Of a DNA stretch of 64,000 nt, positions 1 through 12,500 are shown one piece after another. Source of the DNA: Antedon mediterranea (Eukaryota > Animalia > Echinodermata). Below the pieces are notes generated by a model. It was not told where the DNA came from, made no database searches, and was given only the letters and a program-made list of their open reading frames with translations. Position 1 is the stretch's first letter; every line of letters starts with the position of its first letter. The stretch is from the NCBI RefSeq assembly GCF_964355755.1, contig NC_092671.1, positions 2,480,001 through 2,544,000 of the forward strand, written 5' to 3'. The position numbers were made by a program, and so were the translations under genes.

Positions 1-29
1 TAATATCTTCATTGCAAATATTCTTTCGC

Positions 30-325
30 ATATAATTCATATAACTTATGAATAATTTATTTACTTTATGAATATTCATGATGATAATCTGATATTACAT
101 ATTTAGTATGAATAATTCATATACACTATGAATAATCTTTCTGATAATACATATATCTTATGAATAATTCATATACACTATGAATAAACATGTTAATAAT
201 ACATATATCTTTTGAATAATTCATATACACTATGAATAATCTTTCTAATAATACATATATCTTATGAATAATTCATATACACTATGAATAAACATGTTAT
301 ATAATACGATTACGTAATGAATAAT
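30..325. repeat. AT-rich ~51-bp tandem repeat in the tensin 3' UTR region
   Basis: Recurrent TATGAATAATTCATATACACTATGAATAA. Confidence 0.8.
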
Positions 326-353
326 ACATAGCACAGTTTTATAATTTAGCAAA

Positions 354-552
354 TCAAGGCGATTTGATGGAAGTGTTATTGGCCTGACCAATCAGAACCT
401 TTGTTACAAAACTGACAATAGCTGAGGCTGGCTGTTCCTTTTCATACTCGGCAAATAAATGACAAACGTTATCCGTTAAACTACCAGGTTTGCGACTGAC
501 GAAGCCAAATATACGTGCATCAGCTTCTTTACTATTCTCGTCTCTAAGCCAT
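354..552 (-). CDS. TNS: Tensin last coding exon (PTB C-terminus, stop)
   Basis: tgcag acceptor; [65 protein letters not shown]. Not in the supplied ORF track. Confidence 0.95.
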
Positions 553-3500
553 CTGCAAGAGTAAAAATATAAAGAAAATTAAATTCATTATTATATTCAA
601 CGATGTCAGACTGGGGCAAAATTGTATAACGTCTCTTGTCATTAAAATAACTGTTTTAATAATTTATGCCAAAAATGCGAGAATTTGTCTATTTACAATG
701 AAACCCACCTTCTACTGCCTGAATCTGAGCCACAGAAAAGAACAGATTCTACCGGATAATGACGTCTAAAAAACAATCTGTTAAAGAAATTTAAGAAATA
801 AAATATAAGTACTTTTAAATATATATCAATTCACAGGCATTGTAAACTGTAAACTGCCCAGTGATATACTGATATGATACTGATACAGAAATCTGTGAGA
901 ATGATAAAAAGCTACCTCAAACAAGACTCGAACAAGATACCTTCTGCTTCATACATATATACTACTAATATAATAGGTTGTTAGATTAAATCAGAGCAAA
1001 GCAGAGCAGAATACAAATAGTCAAAGACGCTAGTTATAACTTTTACTGCCCGACAGACTTTTTCATGAGGAGTACCTCTCTCTGAATATAATGAATATAT
1101 ATATATATATATATATAATTTGTTTTTAAATTGTAAAAACTCACTTTCTATTATTATCTGTGACGGTAATTCCCTTTGACGATACTTTAAAATGTACGAT
1201 GACAGAGGGCGGTTTAGTTTGCAATTCCATTAATCGCTTTGATGCTTCTGACACCGCGCTTGATCCTGTCAATGACTCCATGTCAAATGAATGCAGATAT
1301 AAAACATTGCAAGCTGAAATTATAATATTATACAAATAATTATTATTATTAATAAATGAATAATGAATAAATGAATATAATGAATAAATAAATAAATGAA
1401 TAAATGAATAATGAATATAATGAATATAATGAATAAATGAATATAATGAATATAATGAATAATGAATATAATGAATATAATGAATAAATGAATATAATGA
1501 ATATAATGAATAATGAATATAATGAATAATGAATAATGAATAAATGAATAATAAATAATATAATAAAATCCATGCCATGTGACCCACAATCGTCTAATTA
1601 AATGACAGGAATTTTTTTAGGTGTTACATAAAATGGTTTATTTGACGGGTCTATTTTGATGAGATTTCGATCGGAGCATAAGTGAGGGGGTATGTGGTGT
1701 TATTCAGAATAATATCCTGTCTGTCTATAGAATCAACCTTACATACCTGCACCTTTGGCCAACAAGTTAGCACGTGAGTTAGCATCGTTTGTGGATCCTG
1801 CAACATTTGCTGGATCTATTTAAAAGTAATTATATATTTATAAAATAATGCTATTCAAATAATTGTTAATATTAATTCATAAACTAATCACGTGTGAACA
1901 AATATGATTAGTAAAACTTAAAGAATATAATCCGACTTTGAATAGGCCAATGTAAATAAAGTAATAAAACAAGTAATAATAAAAGTTATTCAGTTCCAAA
2001 TAAATAAATAAATAAGAGAACACAAATAACTATTTATAAAAATAATAATTAAACAGTTAAATTTAACCAAAAACTGATTGTCTGACAATTTGACTAATTT
2101 TTGCTTTACGTTTTTTCAGGTACATAATTTGTCTAATATATCTTAAAGATGTATTGTCCCTTGAAACACAAAAATGAAGGTCAAATATTCTATATTTAAA
2201 TTGGCCATATCAAAGTAATATTAAAGTTATTCACTTTAAGTCGAAAATTCGAGCCAAAAACTACAAGTTTACGTAATTAACCGGTAAATTAATTTGATTA
2301 CATTTTGCTGGAAAATCGTCGCGAGCGAAAGTAAACAAAGATTTCAAACCATGAGTATGCATTATGCATGATGCTAATTAGGATTGTTTACAACTCGTCA
2401 CGGTTTGAGAAGGTGTTTTCACACAGATCGCAAGGAACTTTTATGATTATGCATACAGAGCAGCCAAACAAGCGCGTTGCATTATGAGATATGTTTTGAT
2501 CGAAAATTTTGACTGGAAGTCAAAGTTATTTTTTGAACAAAAAAATGTCTGTATTTCAGTTAAATTATTTTCTTTTCGACTAATTTTTAGTGAAAGTTAA
2601 TAACTATTATGATACTTCAAAACGACCCACTTTTTTTCGAAATATTAAAAAAAAAATTTTTGGGAATTAGTCAAAGGGACAATACATCTTTAAATACCAA
2701 TTAATTAATTATTTATTTATGGAAGTAAGTAAAAGTTTAATGCAGCAGATTGTATAGAGGTCAATCTGAGACGAAAAGGTCAATGGGACAACTATGACGG
2801 ATACTTGACATAAAATGTATTGAACATGTGATCCCTGAAGAGAAACACTAACATATGCTAAGAAAGATACACAGTACTTTTAACATGTCTGAAGATTCCA
2901 ACTAAGATTTCTAACCTTACTGTCTGCTTAGTTTTTAAAATTAAGTATCAATCAGTCCACTTAGAAAAACTAATAAGTAGAGAAATAAATGAACATGATG
3001 CTGTAGCTTGTTACTTAACAACCTGGCCTACAAACTCCAGAGTATAGGTTCAAATCCTGCACCAATACCAGCTGTCAATAGCTACTGTCCTAGGTTTAAA
3101 TCCCATGACTAAACTTGGGGGTTTTCACATTTTGGTCATTTAAGTTCTGTCTACACTAGTTTGATAAAAATGTGATGCGCCCAAATATGGTAGTGATATG
3201 ACATCATCATGGCCATATATGGGCACATCACAATTTTTTGTCACATAAAGTTTCTCTATACTATTAAACTTTATGTGTCAAAAAATGTGATGTGCCCATA
3301 TATGGTAGTGATAATATGCTTAAATACGGTAGTGATATGACATCATCATCATGTCTATATATGGGCACATCTCATGTTTTTGTCACATAGTTTGATAGTG
3401 TGGACAGAGCTTTAGACTAGAGAACTAATCATCTTACCTGATTCTGGCAAGACAAGTTTGCATGGTAATGCCAATTGCTTCATTATATGTTGGTAGACAA

Positions 3501-6500
3501 GCGCTGAAAGACTGCCAAATACGGGTTCATTCTGGCAACCTTTAAGTTTGACGCCTCGTGAGTTAGGTTCAATGAGGAAGTGCCGTACAAGTTCACATAC
3601 TGGATCACCAACTAACGAAAACAAATTTTCAAAATTAAAAAAGCATTCAAAGTGTTACAATAATCTAAAATAAAAAATTATTACCATATATGGTCAAGCA
3701 TAATCCCATGCTCGTGTAAAATCTACCCGCTTATTTGTCACCAAATTTTGTACCCAGATCCCATGGGACTATAATTGGTCATATACAGTAGTTATATATA
3801 TATTATTTCGTACATTCGTTGAACTTCAACTGAACTTAACTGACATTTAAATTAAACTTAAAATCGGTTTCACTATATTTGCGAAAAAATTAGTTTGTCG
3901 AAATTGTGTCACTCACCTTTCTTCTGCTGCGGAGCATTGGGAGGTGGTGTTGCAACTTTAACTGCTAAGCCAAAGGCACCAGGGAACGAGTTACTATCAC
4001 GTACCACAAACGTACCTGGCTGTTTGTCCTTCAACATGGCTATCGCTGTAATTAGAAAAGGTTATTAAGTTATTAGTGACGCAGTAGGTAAACGTTGTTA
4101 ATATGATAACGCATTAATCAGTAAGCCACTGTTTTTGGAAAATGATCATTATATGAAAATTAATTAATACAATCTGTCATCTAGGAAATTATATAAGCAT
4201 TTCTGTTTTCTGTTTCCTCTTAGTGATTCCAAATAAAAAGCTCTCACAGATTTGTTTTCTTTTCCATTTTTTTTTTATTATTTATTAATTAATCTACCTG
4301 ATTCTCTGTATCGCCAAATACTAGAATATAGTACTGTATCACAGGAAAATTTCATAATACAGTATCACATGTGTATCACATGTGATGCCTGTTATCATAC
4401 TCACCGTCATCTCTTGTAATGTTTGGTTTGTACCACCAAGATGACAAATCCTTTACAAATCGAACATTTTCAACTCCTGGTTCTAAATAAGGGAATTGAA
4501 ATATACAGAAATTAGTATCATTCTGTTTAAAATGGTAATATAAAATATAAGAAGATTTTCATTGCAAACGAAAAATATGTTCCCTTAGTAGAGGTGTCCC
4601 TTGAATAGGTGTTGACCAAACACATATATTGCCTCTCGTTAATTTCATGGGAAAGTGTCCACATAAAAGGGGATGGCCTTGTGTGTTACCCTTCGTTCAT
4701 TTCAAAGGAAAGTTTTTACAGAATAGGTATCCCAAAGGTTATTATATGTAAAATGTATGTTTTAATCATTTAATTGGATCTTGTGTAATAAAGTACTATG
4801 AATAAAATATACAGTATACATTTATATATCTGTTACGCGCAGTCAAGAACATACTAATATTCCATTTAACACTAGGATGGCTTTTGCATGCCACTAATTT
4901 TTCATAACACGGATGTGAGGTAATTACCCACAAATCCTGCACAGATTAAGTTAAACTATCTTAAACATGTGACTAATTCATCAACAACATGTAGGCATAG
5001 TTCAAGGGGCAGCTAAACAGTTGAAATCTATCAGTAGAGGCTGCATTCAATGCTCTAATCAACCCATCCCAACTCTTAAATTCTTGGCCTAGAAACATAA
5101 TTTCAAAATTAGTTTTGATGTCTATCTGTCAAAGACAGTGTCCTTAACATGCTGATCAATAAACTAAACAGAAGAAGTTTATCACCGGGGTATGAATGTA
5201 ACATTTATATAGCACCTGTATTTAAATTTACCACCTATCGTTTTTAATGTATCGTCATCATTTTGAAAAATGACATCAAATTATCTAATTTATTATCCTG
5301 TATAACATTCAACGAATCATTCTAAATGACATGTTGAGAATGTCATTTTACCAGGATACCAAATACATGACATACCATCTTACATTTAACCTTTCAAACA
5401 ACAAAAATTATTGAGTTATATTTATTTTTTCTGTTCTCCACCCTAAAGGCACCCTAGCAATGGGTAGCTTCATGGTATGGTATGTTTCAAATATGATTGT
5501 TAAATATTTATGTTATAAACCAGTTTCAGATAATACATTCAAAGCAAACATACTATTTTGAGTGAGTGAGTGGCCGAGCGGTTTAGACAGTGGAACCGTA
5601 ATCACGTAGCCATAACATCGGCAGGGGTTCGAGGCTCACTCACTCCATGGTTCTGGTGGTAGAACGAGTCTTCTCGGATAAGGACTATAAACCGTAGGTC
5701 CAGTGTACACAACTTGCTCGTGTGCACTTTAAAGAACCTAGTACATCTTTCGAGACGAGTAGGGGGTTACCCCGGTGTATTAGTACATCACAGCCACTGA
5801 TCACCAACTGGGCCCTCTGGGAGATCAGTCTTTGACTGAAGAGGTCACCCAGTATAAAGATAAAACAAACAATTTAAATTGATTGAACTTTTTAATGCAT
5901 TAAATTACTATTGTATCATCAAACCCAGTATACATACATTCACCTATTAATAAAATGTTATGTGTTATCAGCGATATTTACAGGGACAACGTTAGAATTT
6001 ATATGAAGAAAATTAATGATTTATTAAGCGCAATTGAATATGACTGACCTACAGGGAGCGAAGGTTACAAGATTGACAAAAAAAGATGAACTTGGCTTTA
6101 TGAGCCCATAGGGGTGTAATTGATAAGAAATTTTGATTGCAAATCTAGAGGACCTTCTCACCATGAAAAGCTTTAATTTAAGTATCTCTTGAATGTCTGT
6201 GGATTGCTGTGGAATGATTTAATAATTATTACAAATAAATTTATAGCCTTCCTGTGAGACATCCCTATTCAGGGGATAATGTTTTAACACTATTTTAACT
6301 TCCATTCAGGGTGCACACCTATTAAATGGACACGTTCTGATGGGGTTCTACTTAAATAGATTTGTTCAACTTTAATCAGAATAGTCTAGGACATTAAAAA
6401 GTGTAAACAAAGATAAACAATTTATAATTATTATTTCCTAATTATTATTATTACCTCGAAATTAAAAAACCACAAATTCCATTAAAAGTGACTTTATTGA

Positions 6501-9500
6501 ATATTTAACCTTTAATGTGTTACATTTGATACAAACAAAAATATCAAATTTCTTGCAAAACCAGTTGTATCTATGAATAGAGCAATTCATAATTAAAATA
6601 ACATGAAACCATAGCATGATAACGATCTCTAAGGTCCAATATGGTTTAATAGGTTATTAACAAATCCGAATGGATCAAAACAAGTTGATCAGTTCTTGGA
6701 AAAATTAGAAAAAAATATATCATGTCACTTTTACACTGTCCTTCGAAATATGAATATCTGTATTTTTATTTATTTTTAAAAAAATAATATTATATTTTCA
6801 GTTCACTAGATGGTATACCAAGTTAGTAGAACCACTCCTATTCATCAGACATCAAAACCACAATTAAAAATGTATTGAAAAAAACATGAAAAATGAAGAT
6901 TAATTAAATCAGAATTTGAATATGTTATTTTGTTTTGTTTTAATAAAGTTAATCACTTCCATAGGAAAAAAAAACGAAAAAAAATAATGTTTTCACTTAT
7001 AAAATGACAAAATAAATGGTTAAATTCAACCAAAAATTTATTGACTGGCAGCCAATTTGACCATTTTTTGCTTTATATTACATTTTTTTCAGGTAAATAC
7101 ATTTTTTTTCAATCAAATTTTTGGTCAAAGTGCGTTACATTAAAAAAGAATATTCAAGAAAAATTTTGTTAAGAATTTCAGGGGGACAATACATCTTTAA
7201 GAGGACATCCTCATTAAGATAACACTTGGGCTTGGCTTTGAAGATGTCCCATTTTATAGTAGGTCTATTGTAATCCTAAAATCCCAATTTTTTAGAGAAT
7301 GAAATGCCATTTAATTACATTTTTCAAACAAAAAGTAAAGTTACCTGCTAGAGAAGTCTGACTTGAAGACAATGATGGCTGCTCATTCAGGTAAAAGTTA
7401 GAGGGCGTTGTCCTTCCCGACTCACCCACCGACGATGCACTTCGCACAGAGCCTGGGCTGTTGTCATAAAAAATAAAAACCATTTTATTGTCAAAAGTTG
7501 TTTCAGTAAGTATCACTCTAGACTGAATGAAATCGTAAAGTTGTTGTGATTTATACTTTCTTTTTTTGTTGATATAGACAGCAATCAGGAAGCTGACTCA
7601 ATGGCTGGAGATAATGATAGTAACACCCCTTACACTCACCAAGAGGAAAACACAAAACGTCAAAAGCTTTAAGTGCTTTAAATTAATTGAATTACCTCAA
7701 AAGGTGAGTTCTGTCAATAAGATCTTGGATATTAAATTGTGTTCATAATCACTAGGTCACAACTACATTTTAATTGAACTGTGTTGTGTGTTGTTCTTTG
7801 TCGTTTTAATTGACTACACAAATCAAGGAAAAACTTATATTACAATATTTGTCACTTTAAAATCTTGTTTAATAATATAACAAACCATATAATTAATACT
7901 GTAAACAAAACTGTCTATTTCAACGAAAATGACCCATTTTAGAAAATGTTGTTTTAAAATGATAAACTTTTATCATTTTAGCATTTTTACACTCAATTTC
8001 TCTAGTATTTTAAACAATTTCAACTAATCCACTCTCGTGAATATAATATTATTAACATACAATAAAGACTGCAAACTCGTTTGCATTCTGGCACCCTCAA
8101 GTATGTATGACTCTAGTGATTAAATCTCAAGTATTTCTCAAGTGCAATAAAGGAATGCGTAAACAATTAAAACTGCATATCAGCAATATGTATCAATTTG
8201 TAATAGCAAATTAATTGTACGTTAAAGCTTTGCTCTACAAGCAGATTAGTGAGATTAGGAGTTGCATTTGATTCAACTAAATCAGATTATTGGAATAATA
8301 GATTATAGAATAAAATACAAAACAGAAATGCCTTTGGATACATTCTGAGAAAACAACTTTCCACTTTCTAAAGAATTTTATGTATTAATTTAAGATTTAC
8401 AAACTAGCGTATTAAGTTGAATTTGGATCATTTTTAAATTGGTAATATGTGACATTTCCTAAAAAGTAAAAGACTGACTCAATCAATATGGAATATTTAT
8501 TTACATAATTTCGAAAACCATTCACATAGTTGCACATACAATTATTTTGAGTAGATTAACAGAATGTTTGGTTGTCGATAAAACATTTATCATTTAACAT
8601 TCCAATGTCAAGCACACTGCACCACACATACTCCTTGTCTATGTAATAATTATCATAAGGATCAATTGAATAGATTAGAAACAAATTGTGTCTCTTCACT
8701 TACCTTCCAGGTTGTTTTTGTAATTTTCCTCTATTATCATAAACTGTCCTGTAACCACTCATCTCGGCCTCTCCCTGAACACTTCTAGGCCGCTCACTTT
8801 CTGGCAACTTATCATGATGAGCATTCCTATGCGACGCTTTAGACTTCAACCTGTCACTGAATGTTGGGTAATAGTTCTTAGGAGGCATTTCAACAGAAGC
8901 GAACGGTGCTGTTGGAGAGACATCTTGAGAGCTAGCTGGTGAGATTTGTCCGTTGTTTGTAGTATTTAAACCTCCATTGTATAAAGTGTATTGAGGATAG
9001 GGTTTTGTGCATTCTACACCAAATGGCAAGGAATGAGGCATCTCGGTTACTTTAGTTTGTGGTGGTGAAGGCTCATCTACCAATAGATCTGCCATTGGTG
9101 AAGACTGATCCCTCATTGGTGAAGGCTGGTCTCTCATTGGTGGAGAATGATGCACCTGCACTTCAACTAGATGTTGATTGGTTGGAATTATTTTTCTGTC
9201 TGCTTCAACAAACGCCATATCCTTCATATTTCGTTCATTTCGATTCTCATCTTGTTTTGGATTACCGTCGGCAAACCGCACAACCTTCTCTTGTCCTGGG
9301 CTAATTTGCGGACTATTTGTTTGGTTGTTCGTTATCAAGTTTGTCGTTTCATAAAAATCATCAATATCAAAATGAACAGATTTTTGTTCAGGAGAATGTT
9401 GTTTTTGGACAGTAGGTGACATACGTGTGTGTAGTACTTGCTGCTGAGCTACAGGGTATGAACTTGGGCCATACATCTTAACAGGACTCATGTCTGGCTT

Positions 9501-12500
9501 TTGTTCAGTTATTTTTGGAGAATACTGTTTAGGAGTAAAATGTTGCGGTGTTGATTTCTGTATGTCTCTTTCTTGTATATATAGCTCTGGTCTATTTTGT
9601 TGAGGTGTGAACTGATGCGGTGAACTGTGTTGCTGATGATGAATTATATATTGGTTTGGCGTGGCTTGTTCTTGATGTTGCTTTACTGGAGAAATAAATG
9701 CAGAGTTCCCTTGTGGTGTATATTGCTGTGGAGTGTTATACTGTTGAGGAGTACTGTGTCGCAAAGTACCCTGTTGTGGAGAAACTTGTTGCGGTGTTCC
9801 AACTAATGGAGTTCCTTGTTGCGGTGTTCCAACTAATGGAGTTCCGTGTTGCGGTGTTCCAACTAATGGAGTTCCGTGTTGCGGTGTTCCAACTAATGGA
9901 GTTCCTTGTTGCTGTGTTCCAACTAATGGAGTTCCGTGTTGCAGTGTTCCAACTAATGGAGTTCCTTGTTGCGGTGTTCCAACTAACGGAGTTCCGTGTT
10001 GCGGTGTTCCAACTAATGGAGTTCCGTGTTGCGGTGTTCCAACTAATGGAGTTCCGTGTTGCGGTGATCCTGTGTACTGTGTTTGTTGTTGGGGTGTTCC
10101 TCCTTGTGGGGGTGTTCCCATGTACGATGTTCCGTGTTGTGGTATTCTTATATGCAACGAGCTGTGGTTCGGTGTACCTTGATCCGTTGTACCATGTGGT
10201 AGGGTTGAACTGTGTTGTTCCGGTGCTGGAGATTGTGTTGTCCTTTGTAGAACTGTTGTCTGTGTTGTTGTAATATGTTGCGGCGTCACTTGTTTCTGTG
10301 TTCCGTGTTGTGGATAAGAAGGTGTTCTCTGTTGCTGACTATAATTTTGTGGTGAGTAGTGTTGGTGCTGATTATGATCTTTATCTGAAAATAGAAAAAA
10401 TATGAATGAAAATTAACTTTAAAAATAAAAATTTTTTCGTATTTCTTGAACAACCTTATACAAATACTGCCCTCTATAGGTTCAAGGTGATAAACTTATT
10501 AGGTTATATGCATTATCATGCATATAACCTCTTGATTCTGTCAAAATCTTTATTTATTTATTTATTCTTTCCTTAGCAGTATTTTGTCCGTGAATTATCT
10601 TGATATCAGTTTCATCTATCTAAGTCAATTTTTCAGAGTATATTCCTTATGGCCAGGAATCGATGTGGTTATATTTTCACGATGCGTAATCAAAAATTAC
10701 GCGGTCTACGCGCGATTTTACGAAATCACGTTTGTAATCATATCTTCACAAGCATGAATCACAATTAAACAAAATTTGGTACTCATAAATTTCAGGTCAT
10801 ATTTCATCATATGGCAATACAATTACGTGCGTAGCGCATATAACGCTTGCGTACGCGCGCTTAAAATGTTCAAAATTGTCAAAATTTATTTTCGATGAAA
10901 TTAGAGTACGTTTCAGGCAATTTTAAGCGTTTAAAAAATTGCCATGAGTGCGCAGATTTTTGCACGTGCACTGCGCGTTATACGTTAATGCGCACTCTTT
11001 TTGTCCGATTTCGGTTGTACAACCTTTCTTTAATAATATCATCATATTTTATTCACTTTTCAACGCGTAATTGCCTTATACGAGCACGTCAAAAGTGACA
11101 GGCTACGCACGTGTAAGTTAACAAAATGGTGAAAATATGCTAAATTTTAAAATTAATATAGATCGTCAGAATGCTCGGGAACACATATTTTTTATTTCAT
11201 TTTCTTGAAGTGTATGTATCTTATGTATGATTTATTATTAAACTAAGGGAACAAAAGTTGATTAAGCCATAATTAATTGCATATTAAATTAAAAAAAAAT
11301 CATTTCGACAATCAAACAAATTATGACATTTTCTTAGGCCAAAATAACAAACTTAACATTAACTTTCTTCCTCCAAAAGTTCATATATTAAAGTTAAAAG
11401 TATATAGTTTGACAGTGCATCATTTTTGTACATTTTTAGAGATGTCATCATAGTAAAAAATTATAATTCATTGCGGTATGTAATAATCTATCTGCACCAA
11501 AGTGGTTACTGCATAGTAAATACACGGAGGAATTTTTCTACAATTTTTAGACAGTTGTGTATGGCTCGGTGGTGTGTGCTCGTGTCTATGGCACTCAAGG
11601 TACCGAGATCGAGTCTCACCTTGGGAAACGAAATAAGAGTTTTTTTTTATTATCCGTATTGTTTGTTCAAATTTATTTCTTGTGTATATATTATACACAT
11701 GATTTATAATGAAATCTAGATAAAAAATAACTTATGTCTTTATTATTATGTAACAGCAAATGTGGTTTATGACATTATACGCAGAGGGATCTTTGATCGG
11801 ATTGTGATACCGGCTATTGTATTCGCGTTAGCAAGGTCCTATCATATATTATAAATAATTAAAGAATCTGAGAAAATCAATGAATCAAAATATCTTTTAA
11901 AAATCAATTATCTTTATTAAAATCAATGCATATAACCTATAATTCGTCATAGTGACGAATTAAATCTAGTTAGTAATTGATTTTGTTAATCTCAAGAGTA
12001 AACAAATGGAACAAACATTAACAAGTGTTAACATGTTAAATTAAATGAAAGAATGTATGTTTAAAAGCTTTGCTTAAGGATACAAATTTGAAACATATTT
12101 GACCTGAAACGATTCAATGAAAAAGGTTAGGCCTACTAGGAAAACTTTGCAAACAAATTAAAGACAAGGACACACTTGAGGAGGAATGAAATTATCACCA
12201 ACAAACTGAGTTTGAGGTAACAATCTTGTACTTAATGTACTTCTTAAAACATAAAACTTATGATTTAACTTAAAAATTACAGTATGTAGGTATAGCTTAG
12301 TATTAAATATACTACACTATGATTTCATTAGGTTGTAAAAATCAGCACTAAAACTATGAACCAACTTTCTAAACCATTGAGTAAATAGGGTTTGCATGGT
12401 TTACTGAAATTCTGCTTTGCGTAAATTATAAATACTTACCTTTTGAACATAAATTAACCTAAGCTATAAACTAGCAGAACAGAACTTACTGATTTAGTAG

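Noticed and set aside
1320-1589. Ile/His/Tyr-rich ORFs and the N-terminal part of ORF 1141-1587
   Set aside because: Translation of the intronic TGAATAA microsatellite; only 1145-1313 is exon.
5559-5648. tRNA gene (also 42180-42253 and decayed heads near 2995-3070, 895-960 and 26180-26260)
   Set aside because: The heads continue into SINE bodies with tails/TSDs or are too degenerate; no poly-T terminator follows the acceptor stem.
9059-10273. Plus-strand ORFs (81, 82, 191 aa)
   Set aside because: Antisense shadows of the repetitive tensin exon.
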